DNA of 64,000 nucleotides from the human T2T-CHM13v2.0 reference genome, Homo sapiens. Shown here piece by piece: positions 45,770-59,358 of the stretch. The notes under the pieces are model-generated. The model saw nothing but the letters and a program-made list of their open reading frames with translations, made no database searches and was not told the DNA's origin. A program made the translations under genes and the position numbers. How positions within the stretch are numbered: the first letter of the stretch is position 1; every line of letters starts with the position of its first letter. The DNA is taken from NCBI RefSeq assembly GCF_009914755.1, contig NC_060945.1. The stretch is one strand, 5' to 3'.

Positions 45770-45975
45770 TGATTGAGGAGCTTATGTGTGCCATATACAG
45801 TTCTGGGCTCTTGCGACTTGGTGAATCTCACTATAACCCTGTGAAGTAGGAACTATCACTCTACCCATTTCACCGATGGAAAAGCCTATCTCCTGTGAGG
45901 CTGTGGCTTGCCAAAGGTGAAATGGCCAGGAAGTAGAACAGCCAGGGAGTGAACCCCAAAAGCCAGGTGGGAGCC
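45770..45975 (-). mobile_element. MIR fragment
   Basis: gagcttatgtgtgcca...aaccctgtgaagtagg...cccatttcaccgatgga...cttgccaaagg. Confidence 0.7.
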
Positions 45976-47479
45976 CATTTCCCCTGCCCACTGCACGAGA
46001 CCCCTCCCCGGTTTGAAGATCCGATAGGGGCACTGCTGTTAGCTCCCCCTGCGTCCTGGCAGCAGCACAGTCAGCAGATGGTCACTGTGGAGAAGGCGGA
46101 GCTGACCACCTCCATTTTCCTATAAGGGAGCTAGGGCCAGGAGAGGTGCGTTCACCTGGGGAAGTCCTGCAGCATCAAACTAAAGCTCCGGGCCACCCTC
46201 TCCCAGATGGGCCTCTTTCCACTTCCCCTTGCCAGCAGCTATATCTATGCCTCCCATCCGTTGCACGGAAGATAAGGCCAATCCCTTTTCCACAGAGGCT
46301 ATTTTAAGGATGCCACGAAGAAATACAGAGTACCAAGTGCCTCCCTGGGCCAAAGATAAAAGTGGGCTGTGCTCTCTGGATTCAACCTTCATGTTTTTGA
46401 TGCTCTCTGGAAGGTCAGGGAAGGCACACATATCGTATGGATCCAAAGAGGACTACGCAATGCAAAACCACATACTTTTTTTTTCTTTTTAACTTGGAGC
46501 AATGTCTTGGGACATCTACCTCAAATTGAGACACAAACTAATTGTGTTGACAGATTCTAAAGTGTTGTTTCAACAGTTTCTTCTTCCTCAAAGGTGAGCA
46601 TCATGTGCACACTGTCAAAATTAAAAAAAAAAAAAAAAGACCCAATAAAACCCGATGAAACCCAAAGAGCATGGAGATGAGAAACTCACTGCTGGCTGAC
46701 GATCTGAATGAATGGCCTTGGGGGGAATGTGAATGTGGAGGTAGCAGAAGGGTCCTGTCTTCAGTGCTGATTCTGTATCAATACTTGGTAAATTTAAAAA
46801 ACAAAAAAACCAGCAAGGGAGATTTTAAATCATCAAGGCAGAAGGATTTAAAAAGTGGAATGTGTTAAATGCAAGAGTGCGGGATCTTTGCATAAAGTTA
46901 TTATATTTTCAAAAATTCGACAAGCATTGTTTTTACCAAACGTGTTTAAAGTAACAGCCCTGAGGTTAATGTTATGATTGGATTCTGATGTGGCACTTTA
47001 AAAATAAATCATTTTGCTTGGCCTTAGCATTTCTTTTCAAAATGTCTCTGTACTTATCTGTGTACAACAGCAGATTACCGTTCTTCCCAGAGTTTAATTC
47101 CATGAACACCCTGCTGAAAGACTTGTTAAGGCCTTATGGAAAACTCTGACCTGCGTGTTCATTATTGACGCCCAAGACGAGTGCAAGGAAGTTGATACTT
47201 GGGATGAGGAAATTTAAATCAGCAGCTGATCTGGAATCTGGAAGCACTGCCCCTTGGATCTCGCCAAATATGGAAAGAATTCTTGTCACTGAGCAAATAT
47301 AGAATTCAGTGCTAGAGTTTTACCTCTTGAATTTTCTAGAACTTTGTTTTGATTAGCCACCTAGAGTATAAGAATTGCTGTTTCTCTGCACAGTAATTCA
47401 CTATGTACAGCTAGGGTGAATAGCAGGAAAAAAGAGATCAGATGATAAAGAGAAGGGAGACAGATTTGTGTGACTTGTA

Positions 47480-47612
47480 TAAGATACTTCGCCTCTCTAA
47501 TCCTTTGTCCTTATCTGTAAGAAAGCAGCAGTACCCAGGCTGCTGTGAGGATCACATGAGACATTATGAGAGTTTAGCACAGGACTTGGCACATAACAAG
47601 CAGTTATTAGGA
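47480..47612 (+). mobile_element. MIR fragment
   Basis: cttatctgtaag...ggctgctgtgaggatcacatgaga...ttagcacaggacttggcacata. Confidence 0.7.
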
Positions 47613-48199
47613 TGATGTTAGTTTGGATTATGAATTCAAGATACTACAGCTACATTTTTTATACTTTCTTAAACATCAATTTAAGTCAATTTTAATTAAC
47701 GTTATTTTACTAGGAGAAATGTCTCTAAAAACATAAGAATTCTATTTGAAGTCTACAATGATAATTACATTACTCTGATATCTTAACTTCCTCTTTATGA
47801 TTTCAAATAATTAAAATTTAAGTTTATGTTTTCAACAAGTGCTTATTGAACCTCTACTCTTTGCCAGTCACTGTTGAGGACACAGAAGAAATGGATAAGA
47901 TATCACTAAAAACAGCTTCTGCGATATCAGTGGGTATACATAAATTATTCACACTCAACAACAAACACAAGCAAAGCTGGGAGAATGTGCTGACAGGAAA
48001 GAAAATGAAGAGTGGGAGAGTGGACAGATGGGAATCGATGTGAAATTTTATAAAACATGTCTTGGCCAAGCTCAGTAGGGGAAATATGTGGAAAGTAAGC
48101 TAGACCAAACAGGGAATAAAAGTATAAATAAGAAAAAAAATCCAGAGGTCACAGTGGACCACTAGCCAAAATGGGTTCACAGCAAACAAACAAAAAAAT

Positions 48200-48875
48200 G
48201 TAATGAAATACTAAAATTAAAGAAGTACAAATAAAAATGAGATTCTGTTCTTATCTGTCAGAATGGCAAAGATTCAAAGAGTAAAATATTCAGAGTTGTT
48301 ATGGGTGTAGTGTGGAACTGGTCTCATATGTGGCTAGAAAAAGGGAGAACTGGTATAATCCTTCCAGAGAATAATCTGGTAATTATTTTTTAAATTGGCA
48401 AATATTTAAATTTGGCAAAGACTTAAAAAATATATATACCCATTGGCTCAATAATTCCTTTCTAGGCACCAATACTAATAAAAAGTATTCAAAAAATTAA
48501 ATAGATGGTGTACTGCAATATAATGAGTGAAACATCGCAAGCAGCATCACTTTATACACTAGGATATTGGTTATAAAATGGTAATACATATTTTAGATAG
48601 AATATAATGAAACAAAAATTTTGCTTATCAAAAAATGTTAGTAACATGGGAAAATGCTTGTAAAACAATGCTAACTGAGAAGAGCAGGACAGGTAGGTAG
48701 ATACAAGGCCAAACAGATACACACGGTGGAGAGACATATCCCAATTGTTAGGAATTTGCTGTGGTTGGTTAGGATCTGAACAATTTATATTGACTTTGTG
48801 ATGACTTTTAAACGTTTTCTCTACCATAAGAATTTTTTATGTTTATAATTTATGCTAAAGAACAAGATGTATTTT
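48200..48875 (+). mobile_element. Old L1 (L1ME-like) fragments
   Basis: aatgagat...tcagaatggcaaagatt...gaactggtataatccttccagagaataatctgg resembles the L1 ORF2 3' end. Confidence 0.55.
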
Positions 48876-49344
48876 TTGTAATTCAGGAGTAAAGAGGAGA
48901 GTGGGGTATTCCAGGGTGCTGTTCCTGCCCTAACCAGGAGCACGATGCAGTCATAGGCCTCTGCCCTCCTCCAGCAGCCTCGGCTCAGAACAGGACGAAG
49001 CCAACCCTCTCTGACCAGCACCACCTCGGGCGACCCCTGGACGCTCCACCTGCCCCTGTGTGTGGTACCTGCCCTGCTACACCTTTAACAAGCACCCCTG
49101 CAAGCTCCCTCCTCCTTCCTTCCCTGTCCTGTGGCTGCCCAGACCCAGATGTACCCTGCCTGGGTGTGGGAGGCCGCACATCAGAGCAGTCTATGGCTGT
49201 GGGCTTCACAGCTGAAGCTGGGCCGTGGGAAATGTTGAGACGAGTGAGTGCAGAGCCTGAAAGACAATACGGTAGAAAAGGTTACATCCGCGGGGGGGCG
49301 TCTGATGGCATCTGCCATTTATTGAGGATGGGTGCGAGACAGGG

Positions 49345-49425
49345 TAGCCATTATGATCCCATTTTACAGGTGACGAAACTGAGATCAGACAGGCTAGCTA
49401 CCTTGCCCAGGGTCACAACAGGAAG
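49345..49425 (-). mobile_element. MIR core
   Basis: atcccattttacaggtgacgaaactgagatcaga...cttgcccagggtcaca. Confidence 0.75.
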
Positions 49426-52400
49426 GAAGCAAATGCAAGTGTGTCTGCGGCCACGTAAGGTGAGAGAAGCGCTATCAGGGGTGGTCTGACAGAATCCCCA
49501 GGCCAGGGAGCAGTTGTCCTCTATCCTGTGGGGTCAAAGGAGGGGACAAGAAGGCTCTCCTTGAGGTAGCTCCAAAGAAAAGACCCCGCCAGAGCACAGT
49601 GTGCTACCAAACGCTGGAACAGCCTGGAGACTGTCCCTGTCTCTTCTCTGAGGTTTCTCATTTCAGAGAAACTCTCATCCGTCTGGCTTCCCCATGGCCC
49701 TTACTCTGTGATTCTCTTATGTATCAGCTGTTAAACCAATAAATCCGCCAAATTGTTGGGATGCCTATAATGGCTTTGGGTCTCCACTCCCACAGAGGGA
49801 ATCTTATTCTAAAGTTCTAAATGTATCAGTCATATTTTCCTGAAGACAACAGAAATGGTTGTTTCATTTACTTATTTTTATGTATGCTTTTTCAAGAGTT
49901 GTTAACCTGTGTTTGTGTTTAAATAAAGATCTGTTTTGCAAAACAAAAACTTTATGAGATAATCACTTATAAACGTAGATAATTAAGAAATGGTTCAGGC
50001 TCAGCACATTGTCTGAGAGCATTGCAGTCCTGCACTGTATTTCATGGGGGAAGAAAAGCCCACAGATGGAGCCATTCTCAATCCTGCTTTCCAGGGTCAC
50101 TGAGTCAGGGTGCCTGGCATGCATGGGTGCATGCACACACAGGCAGAGGGCCAGGGAGAACTGTGCTGTGTCCACAGAGGGCAGCCTGGATCACAGAGCT
50201 GACCAAGAACGGAAGCAGCAAGTTGTTTTAAAGTAGTTGCCTGTAAAGCCACTTTTCGGCAAGGACAAACACTCAGAGCATGCTCTGAAATGACTTATGC
50301 ACAGCAGGGCAGCGGCATTTTGCCCCTGGCCTTCCTTCCATTCTCCCGGAATCCCCCTAAAGTAACAAGGACTGACGCAATTCGTATTTCACTTAGCCAA
50401 CAGGTTGATGAAAAATCATAAATCTGTAGCTATTAAACTCATTAATCACATCCATCAAAATTCTGTGAGGAGTTAACTTTCTTCATATAACTCTTAGTCT
50501 TAATTAAGTTTCCCTCACATGTGATAGCAAACGTTCAAGAAGTGCAAATGTGCAGACGTGGCGTATATAATGCAAGCTTTATGTCTTTAAATTAATAAAA
50601 TTGAGTCCTATCAGGTCGTGTTTCAATTACCATCAAACCTTCCAACCTCTGTTAATTCAAAAAAAAGTAACTTCTTTAGGCAAGTCATGGAAATAGCACT
50701 AGGGTGCCCTCAGGTCTCCACCAAGCCTTGTTAGTAACTTTCCATGTCCTGTCTGATTTTTAAGATGCTTTCCCCTGATGCTGCTGCCGGCTGCTGGCTC
50801 TCTCCACATCCTTCAATGTCAGATCTCTGTGATGATGGAAAATCCCCCACATTCCCTTTTTACACATTAAGTATCTTTCTAGGATCAGAACTTGCAACCT
50901 GGGGTTCATGTTCTCCTTAAAAGGTCCGGGGAGAGGACTGTATTTCTGTTGTAATTCTATGTATTTCTTTTTAGGCACCAGAAAGTATTATTCTGAGAAA
51001 GGACTGTAGGCTTCACTAGACTTCCCAAATTGCAGATGGCATTAAAAAAAAAGGAATCAGGAAAGTCTTTGGGAAATTAGGCTAAAACTCCTAACTGAAG
51101 CACAATCGAGTTTTCAGTGCAACAGCAGGATCCCTGCAGTCTGTAGCAAACACTGAGATGTTTGTGGGGACAGTGGGGCCGGTGAGGTTCAGCACCTCTC
51201 AATATTGTCAGATGTCACCAATGCCCAAGGGAAGCACCAAAACCAATCAGTGAATTGTCTGCAAACCATCAGCTTTGTTGCTTCCAAGTCTTTACTAGAA
51301 CTCTTAAGCTGATCTTAAAATTCACAGACACTTAGAGATAAATGAACACTCTCACATAAGTTCCCAAAATTCCTTTACTTCTTCCAATTGAAACATTTTG
51401 TTCCCAATTTCAAGTTACCAAGGGAAAATGATGGTAAGAATCACAAAGACTGGATACGAATATTTAGCTTTTCATAGTGTCTCATAGGGTCTTACAAATG
51501 TTAATGCAAAAAAATAAAAACTCCACTCAAATGCAGAAAACCAACTTAAAAAATTCAGAGCATCTGATACCTAATCGACTAATTGATTTATTTACTGAAA
51601 CAACAAAAAAACAGAGTGCATTGAGACTGGAAATTGCCTCTATGGGGGGCTGTTTCCTAATTCCAGTGGACAGCCATCATTTTCCCTATGCTAACTTGGG
51701 CTTTGCGCTAACGTAATTGAAACTGTAGTCAACAGACTCAGGACCTCCTTTTTCCACTCTATAAACAAGGCTGTAAAATCATCTCATTACTTTACCCAGG
51801 AAATCTAACAGAAACATGTCTTAAAGGAAGTCACCTATAAAGAGGGCCTATTTTAACAGAAGATTAAAAAAAAATTCACCTGTAGTCATTCTAAGGGTTC
51901 ACTTGGGTACATACAATAAACACATAATGCAATGTAATAAAATGTTAAATCAAGCATAGTACCTTAGACAAGTGTAAACTATTATTTCCAAAAAAGTGTT
52001 CAGAAAATCACAAAATATTCAAACTTTCAAAATAGCTTCATGTATTCATAAATGTATACTTCAAATTAAACAGTATAACACATTTGGATGTTTTGCAAAA
52101 TGTACCTACCTTCTAAAGGATGGTCTGTTATTTCAATGTCCTTTTTAATGCACTGAGTTTTTTGGGGAAAAAAACCACATAAGATCGTACCCAAGCTATT
52201 CAAGATTTACACAGAATATTTGATTTAACATGCATATGAATAAGGATGAAAATAAGAACAAAAAAATAACATTTTGGGTCACAAAATCAAGTAATTTCTA
52301 TTCATGTAGCTACAAGTAGGGCACATTAACTCTCAATTTTATAATTCCTGTCTATAGGAGCCATATTTCAGCAGATTCCAATCCTTGAAGCCAAAGAAAG

Positions 52401-53672
52401 AAAAGTATAAGGTGAAAGTTCTTGGTACACAGATTTTTAATATATTATTGAACACACCTTGAGAAATAAAAGCTGAACTTCTCAAACACAGTTTCTATGG
52501 TACATATGAGTCAAATCTTCTAATACAAACATTTCAAATTATGAAAATACCAAACCAAAGAGTATTTTTGAAAATGGCTTGGCCCAATTCTGGGCAAACT
52601 TCCATTTTCTTATGCACTTTCCAACAAACTAAAAGCCTTATGAAAACACCACCAAATGCTTCTCACCTCCGTGCAGCAAAACTAAAGACATGCAACAAAC
52701 ACAATTTTCTTTTCCCTCCACTCAGCATCTGCTTTTGTTGCTGATTTTTCACATTTCTACAAATGTCACGAAGGCATGGTGGCCTTTAAAACAACTGAAC
52801 GGACCCCCATTCAAGACTGCATGCCCCTTGACTTGTAGTCACCATTAAATTGGCTTCATTTCCAGGAATCAGGCCATATTTAGGATTGTACCTGTGCAGA
52901 TTTACCTCCACATTAATCTCTACATGCTATCTACTAAAAACTTAGGCAAGGAAATGCATCAGACCAAACACCCCACAGCACAGAGAACCGACCGGCCATT
53001 GCTTTCCAATCTCCGCAAACCTAACCATTGCTGGAAGAAATCTTACTCACAGTGCACAGACAGTAGGTATTTTATTGAAGATAAACATATAGTGGAACAA
53101 ACCAAATTACCCCCATTTGAGTTACGTGAGCACTCAGTTCTCAGCGTGGATGTCCCACAAATCAAGTCAACATTTGCGTCCCATTACCAGCAGCCACTTG
53201 CCGAGTATCTCTTCGCTTCCACTGGGACTGCCTGGCATCCCTGATGCTAAGGAGCCACTGAAGAGCCTCCAAATGTCTGACATTCACAAACGCATCTTTT
53301 GCTTTGACCCGACCCTTCAACCTCTCCGAGTCTGCTGCCTTTTCTCAGACACACATCCAGGCACCGTTAGGGATAGTTAGAGAATCTGAAAATTCAGAAG
53401 CGCTCCGAAAAGCCTTTCCAAAAGTAATCCACAGCACTCAACAGTGAATTTAGAAACCCCAATTTTTTTCTGAGTTTGAAGTTTTTAAGCCTTGCGGATG
53501 GTTGGAGTAGGAAAAAGGAAATTTACTAGGCAGTGCAAAGGAAATCTTGTTGTCCTCTATTGTGGCAGTGGGGGTGTTGCCCAACCCTAACTTATCTGCC
53601 TTGATAAAGGAAACCAAAGAAAAGAGTAACAAGAACAAGATTTTGTCAAATTAAAAGGAACCCTTTCCTTAC

Positions 53673-53690
53673 CTTAATAGTGCTGGCCAT
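53673..53690 (-). CDS. ERG: ERG first coding exon of the proximal-promoter isoform, coding part MASTIK
   Basis: Minus strand reads gcattATGGCCAGCACTATTAAG|gtaagg: strong Kozak context (A at -3, G at +4), 18 coding nt, consensus donor at 53672-53671. It joins in frame to GAA at 1063, giving MASTIKEALSVV, the known ERG start. Too short for the ORF track. Confidence 0.96.
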
Positions 53691-53815
53691 AATGCAATCA
53701 AGTTTATTGATCGTTAATAAATGTTAATAATAATTATTGCTTCTCTCTGACCAGAAAGTAGTTTTGATGAGGTTGTTTAGAGCGGATGAGATTGTGCTAA
53801 GTCTGGGAAATGAAG
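53691..53815 (-). other. ERG: 5' UTR of the ERG proximal first exon (upper boundary/TSS approximate)
   Basis: AT-rich leader with no upstream ATG, directly 5' of the MASTIK ATG. It matches my recollection of the ERG3 mRNA leader. CCAAT boxes lie just beyond it. Confidence 0.75.
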
Positions 53816-54180
53816 TCAGCCAATGGCAGGAAGAGGTTTCTATTGGTCCTGGCTGTCCAGCCCAAAGAAACAGGATATTTGGGAGTGGAGAGATAAGAGA
53901 CCCTGAAAACAATGTTGTTTTTCTTGATGATATGCAGCCAGGAGATTTTTTTTTTTTAATTAAAAAAAGAAAAGGCATCAATTGGGATGGGGACTGCCAC
54001 AGCAGGTGTGACCGGTGTGCCGCCGTGTGACACACTGCACTGAGACCAAGGCAGGATGCAGATGTGATGGGACTCCGCATGGCTTCACACGGGCTGCAAG
54101 CACCTTGGAGCCAAGGCGTTGAGGGCACCCCACTGCCCTGGGTGTCAGCCCTTCGCAGCCCAATTCTTCGCAGAATTACT
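53816..54180 (-). promoter_or_regulatory. ERG: ERG proximal (ERG3) promoter, TATA-less with two CCAAT boxes
   Basis: CCAAT 53820-53824 (agccaatggc) and ATTGG 53842-53846. ETS CAGGAAG 53827-53833 and AAACAGGAT near 53868. GATA AGATAA 53891-53896. SOX AACAATG 53908-53914. Modest CpG cluster 54010-54170. Confidence 0.8.
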
Positions 54181-55006
54181 AGGACAGAGGACTTGAGCTC
54201 CTTTCTCCTAAAAGGAAACTTTGCAGGTGGAGTTTATTTCATGTTAATAGATGGCCATGTTCAGTAACAGCCATTGCCTGGCTGATTTTTAACAACCTAT
54301 ATTTATTCAACATTTCATATAAGTGTTCCAGAACAGTTTCATTTTCTCCTTCCAAATACCTGCACTTTTTATTTGCTCTACAACAAAGTTGTTGAAAACG
54401 CAAGGACTCTAGGCTTACAGTAAACACGAAAAATAAAGAGGAAAAATAAACCTTCCTAAGTCTTGTTTTCAAGTATTTATTAAAACCCAAATAACTGAAG
54501 TGACTACAAATGTCCCGGAATATCAGTGAGCTGGTCTCACTCTGACAGACATCCATGTTGCAGACAACAGATCCTCATAGAACTTTTGGCTACCCAGAGA
54601 TGCCATGTGAGGGCCCCATTACATGTCTAAAATCCAAGCTATAAGTTCAGGGTCACAGGTCGGTTTTCTCCTCGAAGGAAGTACAGCGAATGCAGGCCTG
54701 AACATTCCTTAGAGGGTTTCAGGACTTTAATTACTCATTTTCAGGAAATTGCTTGGAAGAAACATTTTGCTTTGAATCTAGCTACAGGAACGCAGGACCC
54801 ATAAAGAGGTGTGGTCTCAATAGGCGACCCCAAGAACACAATAGACTAAATCCTGAGTCATCTGACAATTCCTGGTTGCAGAGCTGGACGTTCAGTAAAT
54901 GGATTTCACTCAGACTTTAGGCCGGCATGTGTCAGAGTTCTGTCCACCAGCCCAGGTCATTCTGGCTTTTATTATATACCTCTGATTTATCACCTCATGT
55001 TAGGAC

Positions 55007-55218
55007 AAAAGAAGGAGGAGAAGGAGAAAGATAAGGGGGGAAAGGGAGAGGAAGGAGAGGAGGAGGAGGAGGGAGGGAAGAGGGCGAGAAAAAATGGAGA
55101 AGGAGAAAGGAAGGACAGAAGAGAGAGAGAAAGGAAGGAGGATGGGAGGAAGGAGGGAGGAAGGAAGGAGAAAGGGAGGGAGGGAGGGAAAGAAAGAAGG
55201 AAAAGAAAAGAAAGAGAG
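55007..55218 (+). repeat. GA-rich polypurine tract (about 210 bp)
   Basis: Almost exclusively A/G, with only about five pyrimidines. Confidence 0.95.
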
Positions 55219-56337
55219 TATATTGTAAGAAAATCATTCTGTGGAAATCAGAACCTAAGTTCTCAGCACCTACATTATGAGGGGGTGTTGATTTCCGCTC
55301 TTTTCATCTCTGAACAATGAATAAGATGGCAGGCTGATTAAAATTCTGTTTCCCCCGAAAATTTCAAAGTCCTGAGCTGTTTTATCTGGGCAGCTTCCAC
55401 TAGAATTCTGGAGTGCGGAGGAGAAAAGCTCTCTCAGCTTCCCTGAGTGTCCTTGCTTTTTGTTCTCTCCTAAGAAGCATCAATGTAAAATGTTAACTGT
55501 GGCCTCCACAACACATGGCACCTGATTATGCCTTTACCAAACACCAGCTTTAAATAAGATGAACGCTTTGCTAATGAAATAGCCACGGAAGAAAATCCTG
55601 TGTGGTCCCGCCTCACCCACGCCTCGTGGTTGCTAATCCAGCCCTCAGTTGTTCCCTGCAGCAGGAAAGATCAGCATTTCTACTGGGACCTAATGCTTCA
55701 GTGATGATTTGGCCTTAACTCCCTGGTTCTTGCCTAATGCAAATCAAACTGTGAAGAGTGGGATTTCTTACCTCTCTATTTTGAAATAATTTCCAACTTA
55801 CAGAAAAGCCACAAGATAATACACCAAACTCCTAATACCCTTTGCCTGGTTAACTCTGATTGTCTACTGGTGCCAATGTACATCATTTTCTCTGCTTTCT
55901 CTCACACATGCTCTCTCTCTCTCAATCTCTGTCTCTCTCTCCCATATTTATTTATGTATAACATACATGCATGCATATATCCATCATTTTCTAACTAATA
56001 AAAATATTGTTTTATAAGAGACAAATTTATTTATTGGATACTAAAAAAGAGAAAAACAGATGCTATTATTTGATCAATATTCAATCCATAAGTTTTACTG
56101 CGTCTAATTTTGGAAATGCATACAAACATAAAAAGTGATCTAATAAAAAGTTAATTTGGGGATACTGAGTGGTAAATTCTGTTCCAAAATTTTACAAAGG
56201 AAACTCCTCCTCATTTCTAATGACAAAATGTTTGATTGATTCCTGTTGTCTTCAAAGAGAATAATTCTTGATGTTTCAAATGGCATCATAGCATCCAAGC
56301 CTGGTAATCTCTGACTATTTAATGTAAAGTGTTTTAA

Positions 56338-56677
<340 letters not shown>

Positions 56678-57666
56678 AAGGCACATCTATTAACTAGAAT
56701 ATAGCAGTGCAGAAACCGTTTCCCAAATATTATCCTATGGGGAAATTATCTGAAGATATAGATATCACTCTAGCTTTCCTCACTTGTACCCCAAGTCTAT
56801 GTTATTAAATGGCCTCATCCCTACACCACCCAGCAGCCTAAGAACCAGGCTGCCTTTCCCACCTGATACCTCCTCTCCCTAGGGAAATATGCCCTCCAAG
56901 CCACCACGCGGACCAAGTTAGGGGGCAATCTGGCACACGGCCCCTACCTGAGGCCCGTCCTGCCATGAGCCTATCAGGGCAGGGTCCTTTTTCACTCTCC
57001 TTGAGATGCAGTAATCACCACACTAGACCAGCACAGCCCATACAGTAGCTGTGGACAGCAGAACCTATGAATAAAGCACACATTTCCCTTGCATGCTTCT
57101 CTGCCACAAACCCATCCCCTGTGAATCTGCCAAAACCTTCCACTAGTCTCCTCACATTTTACTCCAAAGAAAGAAACAAAATAATATAACATAAATATAC
57201 CATAAATTCACTGTCACAATAAAAGAAACACTAGTATTTATTTATCCTAAAATCATTTCTTCCCATTTTCTAAAGATCGAACAAGTTCTCATTCTTGTTC
57301 CCTTACTAACTTCTCTGTATGGAATATGGGGAGGAAGGTTAGGAGCTAAGAACACTCTGAATGACAGCCACATGGTTCTCAATGTAATACATGCGCAGAG
57401 CAAAGAGAGGAGATCCGTCTGAACCTCCACATCTGTGGGGACACAACAGAAGATTCACTCATGACTCATTCATGTCTTTATCCCTGCCCTATACATCCCT
57501 ACAATGGAACGCCCTTCCTCCTCAAAAACATTGCAGGAAAATGATGTCGTAGATGAACACTTAGCAATATGGAAAACTGCTCTGATATTTTACCTGGTTA
57601 GTTAAAAAATCACAGTATATAGGAGAATTATATCCATAGACTCATTTTGTTAAAAATAAAAAGGCA

Positions 57667-58370
<704 letters not shown>

Positions 58371-59299
58371 AAATAAAAAGGCAAAGTAAAAATATTGACA
58401 GCTATATCTTATAATACCAATGGCAGAGAAGCTTTTTGTTTTTTCCCCTCTTCTTCTTTGGTTCACTTATATTTTCAAAACATAAATTTGTAATAAACAT
58501 AAATTATATCCTAATATAAAAATATGTAAGTAACATGCAATGTTGTTCATTTTTGTAAATATCTGAAAAATACAGGCATGTTCTGTAAAAAGTGCAGCCC
58601 ACAATACTTGTAGGTGTCAAACCTTTTAGCATGCCCAAATGCCTGTTCTTTTTTAAATGTCTACAGCAAGCATAGAGCTCTTTTTTTTTTTTCATTTTAT
58701 TAAGAAAACCCAGAAACGCTCAAGAGTTTCGTGGAGGCCATCTATGCGGCATTAATCCATTCAGGTGATATTAATGGCCTTTTCCTGCCAGGAACTCCAG
58801 TGGGCACTCAGGAAGCCAGGATTACAGGGCTCTATCCAGTCACCGCATGTCTCGGCATCGGGAAGCCTATCTCAGTCTCCTCAAATTCTGCACACATAAA
58901 ACTTCAGAGCCTGGGAGCGACCCATGAAACGCAGGTTTTTAAGGACAAAACAATAGGACAAAAGTGCTGTATATTGTCCTTAAGATGACACATGAATTTA
59001 AAATGCATAGTGTTTGGATTATTCATGAGAGCCCCGCAAGAACGATGTCCCAGGGGTTTTTGCCAGGAACATGCCTGAGATTGTAGATAAGAATCAAGCA
59101 TCTGGGGCTGCCGCACAATGGAAAACTCCAGCACTCCATGGAACTTTTCCATCTGCAGCAGTCGGAGGATTTGCCTGAGAACATACGCGGCATGAAGACA
59201 CTCTCAGCCCTCAAGGGCACCCAGTCAGCGCTGTTTAAGGACGGTTTTTCTGTTCACAGCATACTTCATGATTACAGCTTCACTCCATTGGATACAACT

Positions 59300-59358
59300 A
59301 TGTGAGTATGTGTGTATGAGTGTGTGAGTGTGTGTATGAGGGTGTGTGTGTGGGGGGG
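59300..59358. repeat. Degenerate (TG)n tract
   Basis: tgtgagtatgtgtgtatgagtgtgtgagtg... Confidence 0.85.

Noticed and set aside
54995-55320. Glu/Lys/Arg/Gly-rich and Pro/Ser/Phe-rich ORFs
   Set aside because: Translations of the polypurine tract.
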